In this document: positions 50,231 to 60,539 of the stretch, piece after piece
Numbering within the stretch: the stretch's first letter is position 1
Layout: every line of letters begins with the position of its first letter
NCBI GenBank assembly: GCA_977017645.1
Contig: OZ360243.1
Location: forward strand, 51,026,001-51,090,000
DNA: 64,000 bases
Reading direction: 5' to 3'
Origin: Torpedo marmorata
Lineage: Eukaryota
Position numbers and translations under genes: made by a program
The notes under the pieces: generated by a model
Databases searched by the model: none
Seen by the model: the letters and a program-made list of their open reading frames with translations, nothing else
What the model was told of the DNA's origin: nothing

Positions 50231-51715
50231 TGGGCACCATCTCAAGGTTAACCAGTCCAGAAATCAATTTTAAAAAATAAAGATCTGCTGCAAAGTCTCT
50301 GACTTACTGTTCCAATGTTTCACTTCGCTCATTCCCCACTTACCAGAGTTTCCGTGTTCATCTGCACTAGTGGCACAACACAGAGTCAGAAGGAAGAGAT
50401 GAAAGAAGGCAAGTTTCAATAATTGCATGCTTTTGATCTCTTACTGAAACTAAAGCCCACCCAACTGGCCTTATGGTGTGACTCATAGGCATGGATTAAT
50501 CACCTGGGGGAATGGTTTTCTGCCAATGGTTATTGTTACACCAAATGATGTCAGAGCCACCATTGTTACACTGAGTGACATCAAGGTTGATCGAAGTCAT
50601 AGCCCCAGAATAATCTAGGATTTAGAGATTATTGCGATATTGTTGGCAACCTGGCTTCAACACAAGCCTGGAATGTTGAACGGAAGATCTCGTTACTGTG
50701 ATTCCAGTAACAGAATTTCATAACAGCTTCTTCCTCTATCATCTCCAACATCATTAAGGACATAAGAACAGGAATATCATGACTTCCAAGGTGATATGAC
50801 ACAAAGATATGAAGAGGTCTCACTAAATTCCTGTAACATCATTGGATCGAGTACTGGAATTGCCGACCCAATATGGTCAGAGGACCTTCATCGAATAGAC
50901 TGCAAAAGTGCAAGAAAATCAACCATATTCTTCTCAGGGAAAATAGGAATGGAACAATAAATTCCAGCTGTATGAGATGATGCCCACATTCACAAATTGT
51001 TTTTTATTTGGTAGGCCAGATGGAATTTGCAAAACTGCCATGGAAAGCACCCCACATCATGAATGTCTCTCTCCTCACTAAGCAGAAAATTCCAAAAAAA
51101 AGTATATTGAACTGGAGATCAATTTAGAAAAGCATTGTGAGAGCGATTAGCAAAATGATTAGGTCATTTCCATGATAACAGTTACTTAGGAATGAGCTTC
51201 TCACTGGTTATCAGATATCTTGTTATATGGGTCATCTCGTCCTAAGTGTCAGTTGTGGCCCAAATGGTATCACTTTTCTCCTTGAATCAAATGGTTAAAT
51301 CCCACATCAGGAATTTGAGCATAAAATTGCAGTAAAAAACAAAGGGATTACTGCGTAATATTTCAGCAATGATAAACTGAACCCCCATTTCTCCTCTCAG
51401 ATGTATGTAAAAGATTCCACAACACTGTTTCAAAAGGAGCAGGTAAGCTTCCTTATGAAGTAAAGACCTTTATTCACCCTTCAAAGAACAAGGCCAAAAC
51501 AGATCATCCAAGAGTTTATCTACTTGCTGTTTTAGGAGCTCGCTGTGTGCACATTGGCCGTCGTGTATCCAAAAACACTTCATTGAATGCAAGAGCTTTG
51601 AGATGTGCTGAAGTCATCTAAGGTACATATTTACATGCAATTAAAACAGAAATGTGGAGGAACTCAGCCGATCTCACAGCGTTCATAGGAGGTAAAGATA
51701 TATTACCGATGTTTC

Positions 51716-54700
51716 TGCTACACCACCGTGAAGAACGCATACCGAGCCATACCACGACCGCACTTCGGCAAGTCTGATCACCTGGCTGTACTTCTACTCC
51801 TGGCGTACAAGCAGAGACTGAAGACCACAGCACCAGTGGTGAGGACGGCAAAAGTATGGTCGAGGGGGGCGGATGAGCGTCTGCAGGACTGCTTTGAATC
51901 GGTGGACTGGAACATATTCAAGCACTCAGCCATAGACCTAAATGAATATGCAACAGGTGTCACCGACTTCATCAAGACCTGCGTGGATGAGTGTGTGCCC
52001 ACGCGCAAATACCGGGTGTTCCCCAACCAGAAGCCCTGGATGAATCAGAGAATTCGCAACCTGCTGAGGACGAGAACAAGGGTGTTTAAGTCCGGGGACC
52101 GGGATCTTTACAAAAAGTCCAGGCACGACCTGCGGAAGGCCATCTCTGAAGCAAAGTGGCAATTCTGGAGGAAGCTAGAGACAGATACACGCCAGCTATG
52201 GCAGGGAGTGCAGGCCATTACAGCCTACAAAGCGAGGGCGAACACTATAGACGGCTGTGATGCTTCACTACCCGATGAGCTGAACAACTTCTATGCCCGT
52301 TTGAGAAGAAGAACAAAACAGTGCCTACTAGAATCCCTGAAAAGGCTGAGGACCCTGTGATATCTGTCTCTGAGGGCGACGTCAGAACATCATTCAAGAG
52401 GGTGAACCCTCGCAAGGCGTCAGGCCCTGACGGCGTACCTGGCAGGGTATTGAAAATCTGCGCCAACCAACTAGCCGGAGTGCTCACGGACATTTTCAAC
52501 CTCTCATTGCGGCAGTCAGAGGTTCCCACCTGCTTCAAAAGGGCATCAATCATCCCGGTACCCAAGAAGAGTAGTGTGGGCTGCCTCAACGACTACCGCC
52601 CAGTAGCACTAACTTCTACTGTGATGAAATGCTTTGAGAGGCTGGTCATGGCCAGAATTAACACATACCTAAGCAAAGATCTGGACCCACTGCAATTCTC
52701 CTATCGCCACAATCGCTCCACAGCAGATGCAATATCACTGGCTCTCCACTCAGCTCTGGATCACCTCGAAAACAGCAATTCATACATACGGCTGCTCTTC
52801 ATCGACTACAGCTCGGCCTTCAATACCATTATTCCCTCAGTGCTGGTCAAGAAGCTACAAACTCTAGACCTCTGTACCCCACTCTGCAACTGGATCCTTG
52901 ACTTTCTCATCGGAAGACCACAGTCAGTACGAATTGGAAACAACGTCTCCTCCTCACTGATTATCAACACAGGCGCACCCCAAGGATGCATGCTTAGTCT
53001 ACTGCTCTACTCGTTATACACCCATGACTGTGTGGCCAGGCACAATTCCAATGCCATCTACAAGTTTGCCGATGTCACCACAGTTGTCGGCAGAATCACA
53101 AACGGCAATGAGGAAGCGTACAGGAGGGAGATAGATCAGCACGTTGAATGGTGTAATAGCAACAACCTTGAGCTCAACGTCAGCAAAACCAAGGAGATGA
53201 TTGTGGACTTCAGGAGGAAGTCAGGGGAACACAACCCAGTCCTCATCGAGGGCTCAGTCGTGGAGAGGGTCAAGAACTTCAAATTCTAATTAAGAAGATC
53301 AAAGATTGTTTTGAGGCAGGAAGATTTGTTACTTTTTCTAGATTGAAAGAAAAATTTGGAATAATGGATAATACAATTTTGGCTTATTATCAAGTTAAAG
53401 GATTTTTAGTTGAGAAATTAGGGAATCAATTAATATCCCCTAGACAAGATGGGTTAGAGTTATTAATTACTAATGGAAATGTTAACAAATTTATATCGCA
53501 AATGTATAAATTACTTCAGAAAAAAATGTTTAAAGTAGGACTACATAAATCTAGATTAAATTGGGAATCAGATCTAAACACTAGTATAGATGAACAACAC
53601 TGGAAAGAATTATGTAAACTGAGTATGACTAAGATTATTAATGTTAGATATAGATTAGTACAATATAATTTTTTTCATCAATTATATATAACACCTAAAA
53701 AATTAAAGAAATTCAATTCGGCATTGTCAGATATGTGTTTTAGATGTAAAGATGAAATAGGTTCTTTTGTACATTGTACATGGTTGTGTTTGAAAATTAA
53801 AAAATTTTGGTCTAAAGTCAAGGAATTTTTAGATAGAATTCTTAATATTACGATTCCAATGGACCCTATGATATTTCTGTTTGGAGATATTAAAAAAATC
53901 AGTATTAGAAATAGATTGAATATGTACCAAATAGAATTTTTACGAATTGTGTTAGCAATTTCAAAAAAATGTATTGCTATTACTTGGAAATCAGACTTAG
54001 ATTTAAATTTGGATAGATTACATGCAGAGTTACGCTCGTGTATACCATTGGAAAAAATTACGTATAATTTACGAGACAAATATCATTTCTTTCTGAAAAT
54101 TTGGAGCCCATACATGAGAATTATGGGTATGAATTAATTCTCTAGAAGTTAGTACCGCTGACAAAGTAACCTCCAATATACAAGTTGAGTTAGCTTGAAA
54201 TAGTTTTCTCCTCATACTAACACTAACTTTCTTAACTTTATTATTCAATCTTTTTCTTTTCTTTTAATTAACATTTTTATATTCTATTTTTTCTTTTTTT
54301 ATTAGATAGCGTGGGAGGGTTGGGGAGGGGAGGGTGGGAAGGGGGGGTGGTAATATATCACATGTATTTTCAATAATACACTTTTTTTTTTTGATATATG
54401 TATTTTGTGATTTTAAAAAATTAAATAAAATTATTTAAAAAAAAAGAACTTCAAATTCTTAGGTGTCAACATCTCCGAGGATCTGTCCTGGAGCATCCAC
54501 GTTGATGCAATCACAAAGAAGGCTCGTCAGCGGCTATACTTTGTGAGGTGTCTGCGGAAATTTGGTATGTCATCAAAGACTCTCGTAAACTTCTACAGGT
54601 GTACCGTGGAGGGCATTCTGGCTGGTTGCATCACTGCCTGGTATGGAGGCGCCAACTCCCAGGACAAGAGTAAACTCCAGAGGGTTGTTAACTCGGCCTG

Positions 54701-55071
54701 TGACATCACAGGCACCAAACTTCACTCCATCGAGGACATCTACATGAGGCGGTGTCTTAAAAAAGCAGCCTCTATCCTCAAAGACCCCCACCACCCAGGC
54801 CATGCCCTCTTCACTCTGCTTCCATTGGGAAAAAGGTACAGGAGCCTAAAGACGAGCACTCAACGGCACAAGGACAGCTTCTTCCCCGCTGCCATCAGAT
54901 TCCTGAATAATCAATGAACCAAAGACACTGCCTTACTTTTCGTGCACTATTGTTTATAATTGTTTATAGTAATGTCGTTAGATGGTTAATATGAATGTTA
55001 ATTGCACTATGATGCTGCCGCAAAACACCGAATTTCATGACTTGTTCATGACAATAAATTCTGATTCTGAT
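51716..55071 (+). mobile_element. Rex-Babar LINE copy B (5'-truncated, intact 3' tail), interrupted by an L1
   Basis: ORFs 51728-52360 (HFGKSDH endonuclease end), 52321-53289 (RT) and 54543-54917; tail GACAATAAATTCTGATTCTGATT. Confidence 0.95.
53288..54443 (+). mobile_element. 5'-truncated L1-clade LINE nested in Rex copy B
   Basis: Open ORF2 C-terminus 53343-54137 with a CFRC..GSFVHCTWLC knuckle; G-rich tract 54311-54350; AATAAA; poly(A); 16-bp TSD AAGAACTTCAAATTCT (53272-53287 and 54444-54459). Confidence 0.95.
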
Positions 55072-55074
55072 TAA

Positions 55075-55470
55075 AGCTGCCTGCCTGCTTTTTGCTTATA
55101 CCTTGAAGGGCTCAGGCCCGAAATGTCAGTAATATATCTTTAACTCCTATGGACACTGCGAGACCTGCTGAGTTCCTCCAGCATTTGTGTTTTTGCTCCA
55201 AAATTAATTCTCACCTTTCCTCTTAACGTATCCAATTGACACCTTTTGTTTGTTGGTCTGGACTCCTCCCCCTCCCATTCTTCCCCCTTTCTCTCCCTAG
55301 ACTTTATTTCAGATGCCTGTCTGTGTTTTGCTTATTCCTTGAAGAAGGGCTCAAGCCCGAAACTCCGTTAATATATCTTTACCTCCTATGGATGCTGCGA
55401 GACTGGCTGAGTTCCTCCAACATTATTGTGTTTTTACTACAATCACAGCGTTTGCAGACTTTTGTGTTTC
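55075..55470 (+). mobile_element. Two Penelope-type terminal-repeat fragments; other copies at ~44190-44315, ~46238-46400, ~51645-51715 and ~62670-62810 on the - strand
   Basis: Same motif as the Penelope terminus at 20880-21030: GGGCTCAAGCCCGAAA...CTGCTGAGTTCCTCCAGCAT...TCTGCAGACTTT. Confidence 0.75.
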
Positions 55471-55949
55471 ACTACATATTACATGCAAACCTTGCTTATT
55501 AGATCAGTGCGCTGGATGTGCCTATTTATGGACTACGTATTTACCTTTTGCCTGACTTAAAGTTACGACTTCTGAACCAGGTAAACGTCCATCCGGTTCA
55601 AAGACAGAACCCAAAGTGCCTACAATGATACAAACTGGGGAACTCTTGATGGGAGCTAGTCCTGTGATTCTCCAGATTACAACAAACTCCAGTTCACTTG
55701 CATTTGGGAATGCAATTATGACCCTGGGGTGAGCCAGGATCTTCATAGCGTAAAAATAACATACGAGAGGACAAGCATTTAAGGTGGGAGGGGAGTTTAA
55801 AGGAGATGTGCAAGGCAAGTATTTTGCAGAGTGGTAGGTGCCTGCAATGAACTTCCAGGGGTAGTGATGGATACAACTGTAGCATTTAAGAGGCTTATAT
55901 AGCAGGGAATAGAGGGATATGTATTATGTGCAAGCGGCAATGTTTTTTT

Positions 55950-56200
55950 AAAAATTTAGACATACAGCACGGCAACAGGCTATTTCGGCCCTACGAGTCC
56001 GTGCCACCCAATTTACACCCCATTAACCTACATCCCCGGTACATTTTGAACGGTGGGAGGAAACCGGAGCCCCCGGAGAAAACCCACGCAGACACGGAGA
56101 GAACATACAAACTCTTTACAGACAGCGCGGGATTCGAACCCCGGTCCGGTCCCGATCGCTAGCGCTGTAAAGGCGTTGCGCTAACCGCTACGCCAACCGT
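55950..56200 (-). mobile_element. tRNA-derived SINE (V-SINE/HE1-like)
   Basis: GGTTAGCGC A-box region, GGTTCGAATCCC B box, GTGGGTTTTCTCCGGG core and a CR1-like 3' end. Confidence 0.85.
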
Positions 56201-56982
56201 TTAATAGTTTATTCTGGCATCATGTTCAGCGCATGCACCATGGGCTGTGGGGCCTGTTCCTGTGCTGAACTGCTATGTTTCCTTTGTTTCATTCGTTATC
56301 AGTGATGGTTGATTCTCCAGGAGAAATACCAAAGGAATCCTGACCTGTCAACCTTTCAAGTGAGACATACAAATCAGATCCTGATTGACCTTTCATGTGG
56401 ACAAAAAACATCATGGCACTCTTTTGAAGATAGCAGAAGTGTTTGCCATGGCAACCTAATATTAAGGTCTAAACCAACACCACTAAACCTGATTTAAAAA
56501 CAGAAAATGCTGGAACTTCTCAGCAACATCAAACAAAATTAACATTTCAGGTCGAAGATCCTTCATGCAAACATTAACTCTGTTGATCTTCCACAGATGC
56601 TGTTTCATTTACTTCTTCCAGCATTTTTGTTCTTTTTTATTTCAGATTTTTGACATCTGTAGGTTTTTTTCACCATTGATTATCAGGTTAATATCTCATT
56701 GCTCATTGAAATACTGCAATACAAAAATTGGTTGCTCCATTTCCAACAAAATTGGCATATGACAAGTTACTGTAATTCCAAATATAAACTGCCCAAACCT
56801 CTTGATTTGAACCTAGTCTGTACTCTAAATATCCAATATTCCACACTTAAGCTAACAAATCAATTAGATTAGTTTGTGTAACACTACTGGGTGTTATTTC
56901 ATATAAACACTATCTAAATTACTCAAGTAGACTCGGCTTTAATCTCATTCCCTGCTATTTGTTTTATGTTGAAAACTTCCAC

Positions 56983-57225
56983 GCGGTTAGCACAACGCTG
57001 TTACTGAACCAGCGACCGGGACCGGAGTTTGAATCCTGCACTGTCTGTAAGGAGTTTGTAACTTCTCCCCGTGTCTGTGGGAGTTTCCTCCGAGTGCTCC
57101 AGTTTCCTCCCACCCTTCAAAACGTACAGGGTTGTAAGTTAATTGGGTGTAATTGCATGGCACAGGCTCATGGGCCAAAAGGGCCTGTTACCATGCTGCA
57201 TGTCTAAAATAAAATAAATAAATAA
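56983..57225 (+). mobile_element. tRNA-derived SINE (same family)
   Basis: GGTTAGCACAACGCTG..GAGTTTGAATCC..GGGCCAAAAGGGCCTGTTACC and an (AAAT)n tail. Confidence 0.85.
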
Positions 57226-57419
57226 TCTTACTCCTACTATACCATCAGCACCTCCTCTCCATCCCCAATCTACCCTTTTTCCATCTCCTCCCTGGCAAAG
57301 CTCCTCAAATACCTTCCATCTTAAATTTCATTTTCAGCTACCAGTACTTCATCACTCCATTCCCCACACCCATCAAACCCTCCCTCATTGGCTTAATTCT
57401 ATATATAAACCATCTACAC

Positions 57420-58860
57420 CAGGGGTAGCCAAACCTTTTTGGTTGTGGGCTACATACAGAAAAATATAAGGAGTCACGGGCCAAACAATATTTAGCCCAG
57501 TAGTTTTCAAGCAGTTACACTGTAAGAAAAACTGTGTTTTTAGAGCAGAAAACCCCTGTGCCATCGAAAATTTATTTTTATCAAATTAACTATACGACAC
57601 GGTTAGCGTAGAGGGCGGCACAGTTAGCGTAGTGGCTAGCGCAATGCTGTTACAGCGCCAGCGATCGGGACTGGGGTTCGAATCCCACGCTGTCTGTAAG
57701 GATTCAAGATTCAATTTATTGTCATTGTAATAAAACAGTGTCATATTACATGAAATTGCTTTTGCCAGCTGTAAGGTAGACAGATTCACCATCGGCAGAA
57801 ATTGCCTGAAGCGCCTCTTACAGTCAGAGAAAGAGAAGCAAAAGAGAGTCCCCCCAGAGTCACCCAGTGTCTGTAGATTCGCCTCCAGCGCCTCCGCAGC
57901 CACACAGAGTCCAGTCCAAACCATTGGTAACCCGTGCTCCAGATCCGAACCTCCGACACATGAACCCTTCAGTGCCCTCAGCACCCCCTCGCATCCCGGT
58001 TCCGATATGTGGTACCCCTCCAGCCAGTTTCGAGCCACTCTCCCGCAGCCCGGCATGAGTCTCCCGACAGCAGTCTCCAGCAGCCCACAGCCTCCATGGG
58101 TTCCTCGCCTCGAGTCGCCAGCAGCCCGCCGCATGCACTGGTCCCTCAGCCGCAGAGCCCCCTCACTGGTCCACCGCCGTGGTCACCGACCCATGGGCCG
58201 CCTCCTCCGCTTCTCCTCAGACGGGGGGGTGATCTTCCCACCCTCTGGTGCCCTGCTCCAGTCCTCCACGTCCCCAGAGTCTGCAACCCCTCGTGGCTGC
58301 TGCCAATAATAGGCGCCGCCATCTTGGGCGCAGTCCCCGCGGTCGCAGAATTTTCAAATAAAACCACCGTCGGCTCCCTCAACGGGCCGTTCAAAGCCCG
58401 TGTGGAGCCAGCGGCAGTTTGTATGTTCTCCCTGTGTCTGCGTGGGTTTCCTCCAGGTGCTCCAGTTTCCTTGAACCCTTCAAAACGTACTGGGGGTTGT
58501 TGGTCAATTGGGTGTAATTGGGCGGCACAGGCTCGTGGGCCGAAATGGCCTGTTACCGTGCTGTATGTCTAAATTTAAATTTTAAAAAATTGTTGAGATT
58601 ATTGATGTGCTCACATATTCTTTAATTTATATGAATACAATAAAACTTTTTAAAACTACAGCAGCGACATCTAGTGTTGAAACTAAGAAGTGCAATGATA
58701 ACCTATTAGTTGTTCAAAATGGCAGTGGCGTCTATTGTTGAAACTAACAAGTGCAATGTATATTCAGTGCAATATATTGTTAGAGATTATGTTCTAACGG
58801 GCCACTTAAAAATGGGCAACGGGCTACAGTTGGCCCGGGGCCGTAGTTTGGCCACCCCTG
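57420..58860 (+). mobile_element. hAT (Charlie-like) non-autonomous transposon, copy 1, containing a SINE (57600-57700 + 58416-58580) that is itself interrupted
   Basis: TIRs CAGGGGTAGCCAAAC / GTTTGGCCACCCCTG; imperfect 8-bp TSD ATCTACAC / CTTTACAC. Confidence 0.85.
57701..58415 (-). mobile_element. GC-rich non-coding retroelement with a Rex-like 3' tail
   Basis: The - strand begins near CCCAAGATGGCGGCG and ends GACAATAAATTGAATCTTGAATC; it splits a SINE at GTAAGG|AGTTTGTA; homologous to 63150-63775. Confidence 0.7.
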
Positions 58861-59018
58861 CTTTACACCCACTGATTAACATTGATTAAGGTTGAAAACT
58901 CAGTTGTATTCATCCTTATTAATTTAAAAAGTTAAATTAATTATAATTTAAACTTTTATAATTATTTTAAATTATAAAAGTATAAAATGAAATAAACTTT
59001 TATTTTATGAGTTGTGTT

Positions 59019-59573
59019 TTAATCATAATAAAGTTCTTGATGGATCAGTGATCTGATACTCAAAAACCTGCTGACTGGCCAGAAGCACGATAGTCCAGCA
59101 CACAGTAAAGTGCTGATCAGATTTATAGCCCACATGTTTTCCACTAGAGGGAAGAGTTTTTTGATGACTTTCCTCATGGAATTCTCAATCAGAACATCCT
59201 CCGTCTCTACGGCAGAGTCCTCCACATCAACTTCACCCAATCTTCTACATCCTGTGCCACAATCCGCAAGTTCTTCGTTCAGCCTCACATTCCCAATATT
59301 GATTCTGTTTGCCTGCTCACTCCCTCTCATGCTTCCACCGAAGTCTTCCTGATACTCGTCACTTGCTTTCCTGTTCTGAGTGCTATTTTCCCGCTCTTCA
59401 CTCATTCCCAAACGTTCCAAAACTCTCACTTCCAGTTCCACGGCCTGCTGCTTCCATCCTTTCACTTCCCCATCACCGAAGGCCATGGCGGCCATTGAGA
59501 CCCAGTTCCAAATACCAACCACAAGTGTAAGAACAGTCTTCAAGTCGTCACCTCGAAACTTCTGTGGTCCCAC
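59019..59573 (-). CDS. Candidate terminal coding exon of an unidentified gene
   Basis: Strong acceptor CTCTTTGTTTCAG; 184 sense codons plus stop; hydrophobic stretch near the C-terminus; AATAAA at 58999-59004; no family recognised. Confidence 0.5.
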   Translation of the reverse strand: MGPQKFRGDDLKTVLTLVVGIWNWVSMAAMAFGDGEVKGWKQQAVELEVRVLERLGMSEERENSTQNRKASDEYQEDFGGSMRGSEQANRINIGNVRLNEELADCGTGCRRLGEVDVEDSAVETEDVLIENSMRKVIKKLFPLVENMWAINLISTLLCAGLSCFWPVSRFLSIRSLIHQELYYD

Positions 59574-59695
59574 CTGAAACAAAGAGTTTTCAGTTCTGAA
59601 ACCAGCGACCGCTGCACCAAACCTGTGGCAGTAATAGGGGAAAAACACTTCAGTAAAATTCAGGGACTGGAGGACAATAAATTAACTCTTAAAGG

Positions 59696-60390
59696 CAGGG
59701 GTGGCCAAACTACGGCCCGCGGGCCAACTGCGGTCCGTTGCCCATTTTTAAGTGGCCGTTAGAACATAGTCTCTAACAATAAATTGCACTGAATGTACAT
59801 TACACTTCTTAGTTTCATCACTAGATGCCGCTGCCATAGTGAGTTTTATTGTATTCATTTAAATTAAATTTAAGAGCAACAGATACACAAATCCCGACTG
59901 AAATATGTGAGCACATCAATGAACTACTGTAATGTCAACAGTTAAACTGTTCAGTAGTGTATTGTTATTTTGATAGAAAAATTCTGCAGGCATGGAGTCG
60001 TCCGGTTAGCGCAACGCTGTTACAGCGCCAGCAATTGGGACGGGTTTGAATCCCGCGCTGTCTGTAAGGAGTTCTCCTCATGTCTGCGTAGGTTTCCTCA
60101 GGGGGCTCCAGTTTCCTCCCACCGTTCAAAACGTACCGGGGGATGTAGGTTAATTGGGCGGCATGGGCTAGTGGGCCGAAAGGGCCTGTTACCGTGCTGT
60201 ATGTCTAAATTTAAAATTTAAATTTAAAATGAATTTTCGATGGCACAGGGGTATTCTGGTCTAAAAACACAGTTTTTCATGCAGTGTAACTGGTTGAAAA
60301 CTGCCGGGCTTAATATTGTTAGGCCCGTGACTCCTTATATTTTTCTGTATGTGGTCCACAAACCTCCCCAAAAATGTCTGGACACCCCTG
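59696..60390 (-). mobile_element. hAT non-autonomous transposon, copy 2 (inverted relative to copy 1), containing a SINE at ~60000-60230
   Basis: TIRs CAGGGGTGGCCAAAC / GTCTGGACACCCCTG; perfect 8-bp TSD CTTAAAGG. Confidence 0.92.
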
Positions 60391-60539
60391 CTTAAAGGGC
60401 TTGGCAATTTCATGGAATTCAAAGATATCTGGTTGAGCTACTTTCAATTCACTCCTTGCTCTTGCTATTTTGTAAATCCCTTAAACCTCATCCCCCGATT
60501 ATTTTCTCCACTCTGTTGTTACCCATAAATACCACAATG

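Noticed and set aside
51728-54917. RT plus a separate 264-aa ORF as a novel multi-gene retro-system
   Set aside because: The 16-bp TSD and poly(A) show the 264-aa ORF is a nested L1 fragment inside an ordinary Rex LINE
57586-58572. Long overlapping ORFs (182-187 aa)
   Set aside because: They run across SINE and GC-rich repeat junctions and are explained by base composition
58951-58981. AT-rich palindrome ACTTTTATAATT-N6-AATTATAAAAGT
   Set aside because: Short and within >90% AT sequence, so plausible by chance or slippage
55950-60230. tRNA genes (GGTTCGAATCCC boxes)
   Set aside because: These are heads of repeated SINEs that continue into a SINE core and LINE-like tail
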